A program made the position numbers and the translations under genes. DNA of 22,555 nt from Candidatus Xenobia bacterium. GTDB taxonomy: Bacteria > Vulcanimicrobiota > Xenobia > Xenobiales > QWHO01. A model generated the notes under the pieces. That model was not told the origin of the DNA. It searched no databases and saw only the letters and a list, made by a program, of their open reading frames with translations. Positions 15,288-22,555 of the stretch are shown here, piece after piece. Positions within the stretch are counted from its first letter, which is position 1, and each line of letters starts with the position of its first letter. Where the stretch lies: positions 1-22,555 of the forward strand of contig BTUM01000109.1 in NCBI GenBank assembly GCA_045863235.1, in the 5' to 3' direction.

Positions 15288-16644
15288 CGAACCCGTTCAG
15301 GTAAGCCAGTTCGGGAACTCCCAGCCCAAGCATCAGATCACAGTGGCCATCGAATTTCTCGATGAGATGAGCTCGCCCTGGGCCAGAGAGTGTCGGCGGC
15401 AGCTAAACGGCGGTCGATACTACCATTGGAACGAGGGTGACAGCCAGACGAATTGGGACAACACCACATACATCGACGAGGATCTACTCTTTCCCAACCT
15501 TCCCGACCCCGTTGCCGGTGTCATGAAGCAGCCCCGCTGGGATCGCAAGCAGTGTCCTCACTTCCAGCACATTGCCCGGCTGGCCGTGACCCTGGTTCAC
15601 GAGCAGGTCCACTCAGGGCAGAGCCTTCCCTTTCGTGCCAAAGAGGGGATTGACCACAAGTGCGGAGGGAATCACGAGGCCGAGCAGCACGCCTGGTCGG
15701 TGGCCTTCGCCGAGATGGACCGCTGGATTCGCAAGTACAAGAAGGAGAGGCTCACCTCTACCACCCCCAATCTTAAGAAACTGCAGGAAGAGCGCGACCT
15801 CATCACACTCAAGCTCGAAATGATGAGCAGCTACGGAACGGAGAACGAGCCCAAGTACGGTCCTCTTCTCTGGGAGGTCATCCGCAAAAAGAACGGCAAG
15901 CCGTTGGACCCCCCGCCCGACCCTGTCCCCGATCCGAAAAGCGCCATCGAGCAAGAGCTCAACGACCAGCTGGTTGAGGTGGGCAAATGCATCGACACGT
16001 TCAAACTGGCCGAGGTGAAGGGGGAAGAACCCAAAATCATCCACGCTCCCGAGAAGCCCGAGTGGGAGGAGCAAGTCAAGCACCCGCCCGGAGCCTGGAA
16101 AGATGAGTGCCGTGAGGAGCTGAGGGTGGTCTCGGACGGGAGTGTCGAGCTGAAGACCTCCAATCAGACCGAGCGCAAGATACAGCTCGAACTCGCCTGC
16201 GGCACCATTTTGCTGGTGGGGGAGCGTCTTATTCCGGTGGTGGTTGCTGAAGCTGTCAGGGTCGAGCTCGAGCCCCGCGGCTCAGCCGAGGCGAAAGTTC
16301 CGGTTTACTCGCTCCGCGAGGATGATCGAGTAGCCCCCGGCAGCTCGGTGCACATCGAGGTTCACTCCTCTCGCTATCTGCCGATTCTCACTGTCCTCTT
16401 GAAGGCTGAGGAGCTGAAGCTGGGGGGCAAGTTGCAACATCCTGTGCCCGAGGTGACTCAAGCCGCCCTCTGGAGGCTATCCGAGCCCGGCGTTCGGCTC
16501 GATTCCGGGCTCCTCCAAGAGGCCGACCTGGTGATTCGCGCTTGCGGTCTGGAGCAGCGCTTGATCGAGCGCTCGCCGAACGAGAAACAGACGCCCGAGG
16601 GCCCGGTCGTGATGCCCTTCTGGTGCGTGCCCGGAGGGCGCTGA
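15229..16644 (+). CDS. Secreted putative zinc metalloprotease (HExxH) with a C-terminal TQxA-like domain
   Basis: GGAGGGGG RBS 15213-15220 then TTG 15229; signal peptide MRKLTFGILLWMVTGWALA; LAVTLVHEQVH followed by EAEQHAW; Pro-rich linker; C-terminal VYSL....P and TQAALW. Confidence 0.65.
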   Translation: MRKLTFGILLWMVTGWALADEPVQVSQFGNSQPKHQITVAIEFLDEMSSPWARECRRQLNGGRYYHWNEGDSQTNWDNTTYIDEDLLFPNLPDPVAGVMKQPRWDRKQCPHFQHIARLAVTLVHEQVHSGQSLPFRAKEGIDHKCGGNHEAEQHAWSVAFAEMDRWIRKYKKERLTSTTPNLKKLQEERDLITLKLEMMSSYGTENEPKYGPLLWEVIRKKNGKPLDPPPDPVPDPKSAIEQELNDQLVEVGKCIDTFKLAEVKGEEPKIIHAPEKPEWEEQVKHPPGAWKDECREELRVVSDGSVELKTSNQTERKIQLELACGTILLVGERLIPVVVAEAVRVELEPRGSAEAKVPVYSLREDDRVAPGSSVHIEVHSSRYLPILTVLLKAEELKLGGKLQHPVPEVTQAALWRLSEPGVRLDSGLLQEADLVIRACGLEQRLIERSPNEKQTPEGPVVMPFWCVPGGR

Positions 16645-16907
16645 AGCTTCGTCCCCGTGACCGATCGGGTCTACCCTGCTGGGCGGCTCGAAGTCCGGCC
16701 CCCATGTGGTGTCGGACGAGCTCCACCACAAGATGTTAGCGTGGTTTCCGGCTGCTGCGCTCTGGCTTCGTGGGTCCGTAAATGCCTGGAGGGCCACGAG
16801 CGACCGCACATCCAGGAGAGGCAGCGCTGCAGCAGCTTCCTTGGCACGGGTAGATTTTGTTAAAAATTTGTGATAAGCTCATGCGAGCATCAGATGGGAG
16901 GCCTCCA

Positions 16908-17159
16908 GTGAGAAATCGGCACTCTGACAAGAATTCCCCCGGCGCAGGAGTCGGTCTCGTGTTCCTGGCGATCGTCGCGGTCGCCCTCTACTACATCTGG
17001 CCCACGCTCGAGCTGGCCTTCGTGAATGCCTTCGTCGCTGGCGGCTTCGCCCTCACCTTCGGCCTCATCTTCCTCAAGAGCGTCGCCATTTTAGCCATGT
17101 TCGGCTTCGCGCTCTTCCTGCTCTCGGCCCTGTTCTTCCCGGCCAAGAAGCGGCGCTAA
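16908..17159 (+). CDS. Small hypothetical membrane protein (2-3 TM)
   Basis: GGGAGG at 16896-16901 before GTG 16908; hydrophobic sequence ending in KKRR; AT-rich promoter-like stretch at about 16850-16878. Confidence 0.7.
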   Translation: MRNRHSDKNSPGAGVGLVFLAIVAVALYYIWPTLELAFVNAFVAGGFALTFGLIFLKSVAILAMFGFALFLLSALFFPAKKRR

Positions 17160-17175
17160 CTTCCCTCGCGCGAAC

Positions 17176-17203
17176 GAGCCGGGCCAACAGCCCGGCTCTT
17201 TTG
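17176..17203 (+). terminator. Rho-independent terminator
   Basis: GAGCCGGGC-caaca-GCCCGGCTC perfect 9-bp stem followed by TTTTG, 16 nt after the stop at 17159. Confidence 0.85.
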
Positions 17204-17245
17204 CTTTCCAGGAAAGGTTGCACTCGGAACCGAACTACGCCTCCG

Positions 17246-19705
17246 ATGCGGGGTGTGATTATTATTCTACTTTTTCTGGCTCTCGTTGGCCCGTCGTGGG
17301 GCGCTCCGCTCAATGAGCCGGGCGACCGTCAGGCGGTGGAAGCCGTGAAGCTTCTTCAAGAGTGGGGCCTGATCGAGGGCTACCCGGACGGCAGCTTCCG
17401 CGGTGAGCGAGCCATGAGCCGCTACGAGGTGGCCATCCTGATCGCCCGGGCCCTGGCCCGTCTCGAGACCCAGCATGCCGAGCTTGCCTCCAAGAGCGAG
17501 CTGGCCGAGCTGCACCGGCTGGCCGAGGCCTTCCGCTCCGAGCTGGAAGCGCTCGGCGTGCGGGTGGACAACCTGGAAGAGTCGGTGGCGCGGCTGGACA
17601 AGCGGGTGGCCGAGCTGGGCAAGCTGGAGTGGGAGGGCACCCTGGTCACCCAGGTGCTCACCCAGAGCTTCTCCAACCAGGGGAACCCCCGCTCGGGCTT
17701 CGGGCCCGGCTCGCTGGATTACCAGACGCTGGTGGGCACCTCGGCCGGGGCGAACCTGCGTCCCCACGGTCCTCCCGGCGTGCTGCCGGTGATCTCGCTG
17801 GCCAACGGCCGCCCGCTCACCAACGGCAACAGCTTCACCTCGGCCATGCTGCTCAACCTGACCGTCACCACTTCGGAAGACCTGAGGGTGCTGATGCGCC
17901 TGTTCGCCTACAGCTCTCAGGGCGATTCCGAGGTGGATGCGGTCTGGGGCGTGAACCCGCCCTACCTGGCCAACTCCTTCACCGGCCGGGCCTTCGTGGG
18001 CCCTGGCCTGCCGGTGGACGGCCAGTCCCAGGGACTGGGCCACTTCCCCTTCACCCAGGCCGGCATCGACAAGGTGGAGGTGAGCTACGCTCCGGCCCAG
18101 ACCACCCTGACGCTGGGTGCCTTCACGCCCCGCCTCATCTCGACCCAGGTCTACATGGGCCAGGTCAACCCTCAGCCCGGCGAGCCGCGGGTGTTGGAGA
18201 GCTTTGGAGCCCACGTCGCGGGGGATAGCGGCCCCTTCAGCTGGGAGGCCTTCGGTACCCGGCTGCCGGACGGCAATCCCGGGGTGACCGCCCAGTATCA
18301 GTCGGAGGCCCTGGGCGCCTCCGTGCGTTACGAGCAAGACGGCTGGGTGGCCGGCCTGCATTTCTTGCGGGCCGCCAACCAGAAGCCCGCCGACAGCGGC
18401 CTGACGGGTGGTCAGGTCTTCACCTTCGTGCAGGGGCGGCCGGGCGAGTTCTACACCGACTGGGTCAACCCGCCCGGCTTCTACGTCAACCAGTTGGGCA
18501 ACCCCCAGAGCCCCCAGGTGGCCGGGGCCGGCTCGGTGACCGACGTCCGCCCCATCAATGGCCTGCGCGGCAGCGACGCGCTCACCTCGCGGGCCACCTT
18601 CGGCCCCCAGGGAATCTCCATGGGCGGGGTCAACCTGAGCTGGGAAGACGAGAACTGGAGTGTCTTCGGCGACTACGACTACTCCTACTACCGCCCCAGC
18701 CGAGGAGCGGCCTACGGGGTCTCGGGCAACCTGTTCCGGCTGGGGCTCAACTACCGCTTCGACGAGGGACGCTGGGATCTGGGGCTGGACTATCGTCACA
18801 CCGATCCCACCTACGATCCCTTCATCCTGACCTACCCCGGCACGGCCGCCGGCCAGCGCATCTTCCGCGTCTACCACCGCCTGCCCGACTTCGACCAGTT
18901 CTGGCACATGTGGTCGCTGCACAACACCAACGAGTTCCCTCACAATCGCAAGGGCGTCTGGGCCAGAGCCGGCTGGCAGTATGACCCGGACGGCAAGCTG
19001 ACGGTGCGTTACAGCCACCAGACCCAGGTGCGCACCTCGCTGCAGGACGTGCGCGTGCCGGCCGGCAGCCTGGGCTTCTTGACCCCCCAGCTCAACGTGC
19101 TGGGCCACTCTCCCGGCTTTTTCGACGTGGTGTTCCGCGAGTTCTCACCGCTCTCGTTCGACGCCGCCCTCAATCCGCTCGAGAACCCCCGTGGCTCGGT
19201 GAACTCCATCTTCGCTCAGCTCGATCACAAGTTCACCGGCACCCCCTGGCTGGTCGAGGGCCTTTACGATCGCTACAGCTTTCAGCGAGCCAGCGGGCTG
19301 GCCCCGGCCTTCGGGGGCAGCCAGAACCGGGTGGACCTGGTGGCCGACCACCTGCGCCTGGCGGTGGGGCACGCCTTCTCGGACTCGGTGCTGCTCAAGC
19401 TCGGTTACGAGCAAGGCAGCATCCGCGGTCACTACGACCCCTTCGGGGTCTACAACCCGTATGCCATCGCCACTGGCTCCACGACCTTCCGCAACTGGGA
19501 TACGGTGCAGCACATCCCCCTGGCCGAGCTGAGCTGGCAGGTCTCAGACGGGGTCAAGGCGGGAGCCGAGTTCCGCTGGTACGACAACGTCGATCAGGTG
19601 TCGGCCAGCGTCTTCTCGGGGCCACCCGGGCGACTCGGAGCCACCGCCCATCCGTTCAGCTGGAGCGGCTACCAGATCGGTACCACGCTGGAAGTGAGCT
19701 TCTAA
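17246..19705 (+). CDS. S-layer homology (SLH) domain + coiled coil + outer-membrane beta-barrel (OmpM/SlpA-like envelope tether/porin)
   Basis: Signal peptide; GLIEGYPDGSFRGERAMSRYEVAILIARAL (SLH); ELEALGVRVDNLEESVARLDKRVAEL coiled coil; amphipathic beta strands; ends in YQIGTTLEVSF with terminal Phe (BAM signal). Confidence 0.88.
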   Translation: MRGVIIILLFLALVGPSWGAPLNEPGDRQAVEAVKLLQEWGLIEGYPDGSFRGERAMSRYEVAILIARALARLETQHAELASKSELAELHRLAEAFRSELEALGVRVDNLEESVARLDKRVAELGKLEWEGTLVTQVLTQSFSNQGNPRSGFGPGSLDYQTLVGTSAGANLRPHGPPGVLPVISLANGRPLTNGNSFTSAMLLNLTVTTSEDLRVLMRLFAYSSQGDSEVDAVWGVNPPYLANSFTGRAFVGPGLPVDGQSQGLGHFPFTQAGIDKVEVSYAPAQTTLTLGAFTPRLISTQVYMGQVNPQPGEPRVLESFGAHVAGDSGPFSWEAFGTRLPDGNPGVTAQYQSEALGASVRYEQDGWVAGLHFLRAANQKPADSGLTGGQVFTFVQGRPGEFYTDWVNPPGFYVNQLGNPQSPQVAGAGSVTDVRPINGLRGSDALTSRATFGPQGISMGGVNLSWEDENWSVFGDYDYSYYRPSRGAAYGVSGNLFRLGLNYRFDEGRWDLGLDYRHTDPTYDPFILTYPGTAAGQRIFRVYHRLPDFDQFWHMWSLHNTNEFPHNRKGVWARAGWQYDPDGKLTVRYSHQTQVRTSLQDVRVPAGSLGFLTPQLNVLGHSPGFFDVVFREFSPLSFDAALNPLENPRGSVNSIFAQLDHKFTGTPWLVEGLYDRYSFQRASGLAPAFGGSQNRVDLVADHLRLAVGHAFSDSVLLKLGYEQGSIRGHYDPFGVYNPYAIATGSTTFRNWDTVQHIPLAELSWQVSDGVKAGAEFRWYDNVDQVSASVFSGPPGRLGATAHPFSWSGYQIGTTLEVSF

Positions 19706-19729
19706 GCCATCGCGCCGACCGCGGAGCCG

Positions 19730-19759
19730 TTGACATCCCTTTGTGAATAGAATATATTC
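19730..19759 (+). promoter_or_regulatory. Sigma70-type promoter of vapBC with an overlapping palindromic operator
   Basis: TTGACA (19730-35), 17 nt spacer, TATATT (19753-58); perfect palindrome GAATATATTC (19750-59) covers the -10 box. Confidence 0.75.
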
Positions 19760-19764
19760 GAATC

Positions 19765-20019
19765 GTGCCCAGCACCACCCTCCACATCCCGGCTTCCCTC
19801 CTGGAGGTGGTCGATAATCGAGCACGGACCGAGGGGATCAGCCGAAACCGCTTTATCCTGAATGCCCTCCAGCGTGCCCTGGCGGAGGACGACGCCTGGA
19901 GCCCAGGTTTCTTCAGCAAGTTGCGAGAGCCGCTGCCAAAGGATAGTGCCAGGGCAGTCCAAGAGATGGTGGACCACATTGTCGAGCGCCGCTCTAGCAA
20001 ACCTGCTCCCAGACTGTGA
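19765..20019 (+). CDS. vapB: Ribbon-helix-helix (CopG-like) antitoxin
   Basis: TTLHIPASLLEVVDNRARTEGISRNRFILNALQRAL RHH pattern; GTGA overlap with the downstream PIN gene. Confidence 0.8.
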   Translation: MPSTTLHIPASLLEVVDNRARTEGISRNRFILNALQRALAEDDAWSPGFFSKLREPLPKDSARAVQEMVDHIVERRSSKPAPRL

Positions 20020-20456
20020 GCGTTGAGCGACGGAGCCGCGTCCTGGACACGGTCACGGTCTCCTACCTCATGAGGGGCGATCCGAATGCAGTGAACCGGC
20101 TCGAGAGCTGCTGTCAATCAGACGTCTTGATTCCCCAACCAGTGATAGCCGAGCTTTCTTTCGGTCTGGCGAGGCTCCCCCCATCCAGGCGAAAGTCGCA
20201 TCTCCAGTACCGATTCGAGCTGATCTTGTCGGAGGTTCTCAGGGCCGAGTGGACCGATGAGGTCAGCTTTCATTTTGGAGCCAGCAAAGCCTTCCTTGAA
20301 CGAGCCGGTCAGGTGATCGAGGATTTCGACCTGGCCATCGCCGCTCACGCTCTAGCCCGAGAGGCGATTCTCGTCACTTCGAACCGGAAGCACATGCAAA
20401 GACTCCCGAACCTTGACCTCGAGGACTGGGGACCCGACGAAGGCGCCGCGCGTTGA
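20016..20456 (+). CDS. vapC: PIN-domain ribonuclease toxin
   Basis: VLDT, VIAELSFG, IEDFDLAIAAHAL, ILVTSNRKHMQRLPNLDLEDW. Confidence 0.92.
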   Translation: MSVERRSRVLDTVTVSYLMRGDPNAVNRLESCCQSDVLIPQPVIAELSFGLARLPPSRRKSHLQYRFELILSEVLRAEWTDEVSFHFGASKAFLERAGQVIEDFDLAIAAHALAREAILVTSNRKHMQRLPNLDLEDWGPDEGAAR

Positions 20457-20583
20457 CTTCTTCAGGAATGAGCGTGGCTACACTCCCGCGCGTTGACTGT
20501 TCAGAATTGGAACGCGCGGGAGTGTAGACAATCCATTGAACGGCGCCGCGCCAATTCCTGAAGTGTTCAACGCGCGGCGCCTT
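20440..20583. repeat. Nested palindromic repeat cluster (REP/BIME- or MITE-like)
   Basis: 30-bp terminal inverted repeats 20440-20469 and 20554-20583 (27/30 match); perfect internal 17-bp inverted repeat 20478-20494 / 20511-20527; three related units sharing the core GCGCGTTGA..TTCAG(G)AAT. Confidence 0.85.
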
Positions 20584-21250
20584 AAGCCAGGTCGCTGGAG
20601 TCTTCTATGGGATTGGCCGGCTCGGGCTCGGCCGGGCTGGCGGCGGGGGCCGAGACCGCGGCCGTCGCCGCCGGGGCCTCCACGCCCTCCTGCATCAGCT
20701 TGACCACCTGCTCGAGGAGCGCTCCCCGCTTGACGATGAACTCGTTGGCCAGGCAGATGTGGTCGTTGCCGTCTTGCATGCAGGTCACGGCGGCGATGAG
20801 CACCTCTTCGTCGCCGCTCTCGACAAAGGACTCGAAGTAGCCCACGCCCTCCTCGACGAGCTTGGTGCCGTGGTTGATCTGGTAGAGAATTTGCGGGGCG
20901 AAGTCGAGATCGGGGTAGTTGGAGCGCTCGGCCTGGAGTTGGGCCACGATCTCGGGAAGCGCTTCGTTCTGGAACTCCTCCATGCGGGACTTGATCACCT
21001 GGAAGGCCTCCAGCAGCGGCTCGCCGGGCTCACCCTTGTGCAGGTAGTCGTAGGCGCAAGCGGTCAGGTGGTAGATGTGCTCGGTGATGTAGCGTTTTTC
21101 CGGGGTGATGATGTTGGTAGTATCGTCCAGGTCGAGCAGGGAGTTGGACATCGGGTTACCCGTGGGCGCCATGTGCAGGAGCTTGGCGTTGCACTTGTGG
21201 CAGAATTTGGACCCTTCGGGACTGTCGTGACCGCAGCGAATGCACAGCAT
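20582..21250 (-). CDS. Zinc-ribbon domain protein with a helical C-terminal region
   Basis: MLCIRCGHDSPEGSKFCHKCNAKL (CxxC-x10-CxxC); strong GC3 bias; Ala/Pro/acidic tail. Confidence 0.85.
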   Translation of the reverse strand: MLCIRCGHDSPEGSKFCHKCNAKLLHMAPTGNPMSNSLLDLDDTTNIITPEKRYITEHIYHLTACAYDYLHKGEPGEPLLEAFQVIKSRMEEFQNEALPEIVAQLQAERSNYPDLDFAPQILYQINHGTKLVEEGVGYFESFVESGDEEVLIAAVTCMQDGNDHICLANEFIVKRGALLEQVVKLMQEGVEAPAATAAVSAPAASPAEPEPANPIEDSSDLA

Positions 21251-21270
21251 GCCGGATGCTTCTCAGGGCC

Positions 21271-21297
21271 AAAACAAAAAGCCTCCCGAAGGAGGCT
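21271..21297 (-). terminator. Rho-independent terminator with a cUUCGg tetraloop
   Basis: Minus strand AGCCTCC-TTCG-GGAGGCT-TTTTGTTTT, 20 nt after the stop of 21318..21746. Confidence 0.9.
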
Positions 21298-21317
21298 CTG
21301 GCTTGCCCGGGGCGGTA

Positions 21318-21746
21318 TCAGACCGAGACGGTCTGAGGGGGCCGCGGCTGGGGTGGGCGCGCCACCTGACCGTGCCCGCCGCAGGTGCAGCCGGCCGGGT
21401 TCTGCTGACCGGGTAGCGGCTGGCCTCCCTGCAGCTGCGCCAACTGGCTCGTGTCCCCGTTTGCCAACAGCTGGGGCAGTTGGTTGTAGATCGGGGGCAT
21501 CTGGAAGCCGGTGTACTGGCTGAGCATGGCACTTTGCTGGTTGCCCTGCTGGAGCAAGGAGAGCAGCATCGGCAGGTTCTGCTGGCCCTGCTGCTGCTGC
21601 TGCTGCACGAGCTGCATCATCTGCTCATTCTGCTTGGCGCTCTGCTCCTGGGCTTGAGCCATCTGCTGCCCGCTCTTGACGGTGCTGAAGATGGTGGCTC
21701 CTCCGATGAGGGCGGCTCCGGCGACGATTGCGAGGGGCAGTGGCAT
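21318..21746 (-). CDS. Gln-rich low-complexity hypothetical protein with a hydrophobic Gly/Ala N-terminus
   Basis: GGAGGT RBS before ATG 21746; codon-biased; 33 of 142 residues Gln by my count; followed by its own terminator. Confidence 0.8.
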   Translation of the reverse strand: MPLPLAIVAGAALIGGATIFSTVKSGQQMAQAQEQSAKQNEQMMQLVQQQQQQGQQNLPMLLSLLQQGNQQSAMLSQYTGFQMPPIYNQLPQLLANGDTSQLAQLQGGQPLPGQQNPAGCTCGGHGQVARPPQPRPPQTVSV

Positions 21747-21785
21747 TGCGGTGAACCTCCGAGAACTTCTTACTGGGCTTGCTTG

Positions 21786-21845
21786 GCTATTCTATCCCGA
21801 AAAAACTCTGAAAGTTAAGAGCAAGACATGTTAATGTTTTGTTGC
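21786..21845 (-). promoter_or_regulatory. AT-rich putative promoter region for the Gln-rich gene
   Basis: AT-rich island; minus-strand TAGAAT (21794-21789) with TTAACT 18 nt upstream. Confidence 0.45.
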
Positions 21846-21925
21846 CTGAATCTTGCTGAATCTCGATCGACGGCTGTGGATCGGGGTTTGCGGGCTCCGA
21901 TGGCGGGGCCTGGTGATGTCCGGAC

Positions 21926-22504
21926 TCAGGGCTGACGCCCTCGCGGACTGAACAGACAAAGCACCAGCCCCAGTCCCAGAGCCGCAAACCAGCCCTTCAG
22001 GTAGCTCGGGTCGACGTTGGCCAGCAGAAACAAAACCGCGGCCAGGGCCACTCCGGCTGTCAGAGGTCCGGCCGGCAGACGGTAGGGCCTCTCCAACTCG
22101 GGCTTGCGGTAGCGCCACACCAGCACGCCCAGGATGGTGGTCAGATACTGGGTCAGGCTGGCCAGCACCGAGAGATCGACCAGCGTGCTCAAGGTGGACT
22201 GCGAGATGACGATCAGCATCAAGGCCGTGGAGACGCCGATGGCTCGCACCGGGGTGGCGAAGACGGGGTGCAGATGGGCCAGCCAGCGGGGGGCCCAGCC
22301 GGTGGCGGCCAGGGCCCACAGGCTGCGGGGGGTGGTGAAGGCGATGCTGGCGTTGACGCTGGCCTGCGAGAGCAGAGCCCCGATGCCCACCAGGCCGGCC
22401 AGACCCGCCAGGCCGGCGGCGTCCACCAGGGGGGTCTTGCTCCCAACCGCCCCGGCCGCGCCCACGATGAGCTGCAACCAGAAGTAGAGCCCGGTCGAGA
22501 AGAT
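21926..22504 (-). pseudogene. 3' part of an APC-family amino acid permease, interrupted at about 22504
   Basis: LYFWLQLIV..., SVNASIAFTTPRSLWALAATGWAPRWLAHLHPVFATPVRAI, RKPELERPYRLPAG are APC C-terminal motifs; upstream of IFSTGLY the frame runs into non-permease palindromic sequence. Confidence 0.8.
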
Positions 22505-22555
22505 TAACGACCACCAGCTAAAGCTGGTGGATTTGAGTAAACGACTCAAGTCGTT
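22505..22555 (+). mobile_element. Probable end of an IS200/IS605-family element, truncated by the window end
   Basis: TAACGA-CCACCAGC-TAAA-GCTGGTGG-ATTTG...AACGAC-TCAA-GTCGTT: two subterminal hairpins, a GC drop and an abrupt break in the permease. From memory it resembles IS200/IS605-type (HUH/Y1) ends; no transposase lies in the window. Confidence 0.65.

Noticed and set aside
16868..16885. CRP/FNR-type site TGTGA-taagc-TCATG
   Set aside because: The spacing is 5 rather than 6 and the second half-site is poor
20440..20583. CRISPR array or integron attC interpretation of the repeats
   Set aside because: The units are in mixed orientation with no unique regular spacers, no cas or integrase gene is present, and there are no proper RYYYAAC/GTTRRRY ends
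22505..22549. TTG 22549 as the true start of a 207-aa permease
   Set aside because: APC permeases are about twice this length, and these codons fall inside the palindromic element

Overview
GC-rich bacterial window that may be a whole short contig: the left end is low-complexity poly-T/poly-A and the right end stops inside a palindromic repeat. An SLH + coiled-coil + beta-barrel (OmpM/SlpA-like) gene points to a diderm Terrabacterium; Vulcanimicrobiota/Eremiobacterota or Armatimonadota is only my guess. Left to right: a frameshifted Rhs/YD-repeat remnant coupled to a truncated membrane ORF; an orphan DUF433 gene; a saccharopine dehydrogenase-family gene; a start-less ankyrin fragment; a SAM methyltransferase fused to an unannotated N-terminal domain patterned like an ABBA (PT-barrel) prenyltransferase; and a giant Ser/Thr kinase-AAA/STAND-helical repeat-GAF-GGDEF protein. 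Next is a tightly coupled minus-strand operon (secreted cupredoxin > Cache/PAS sensor with a His-less pseudo-histidine-kinase core > NTT/MFS-HEAT-cNMP protein), divergent from a secreted CxxxC HMA protein and a secreted HExxH metalloprotease with a TQxA-like C-terminal domain. The rest holds a small membrane protein, the SLH porin, a leaderless vapBC, a nested REP/MITE-like palindrome cluster, a zinc-ribbon protein, a monocistronic Gln-rich protein, and an APC permease cut by an IS200/IS605-like end. The best candidates for novelty are the pseudo-kinase/cupredoxin/NTT-cNMP operon and the ABBA-like/methyltransferase fusion. All family calls come from motif recognition by eye; no searches were run.
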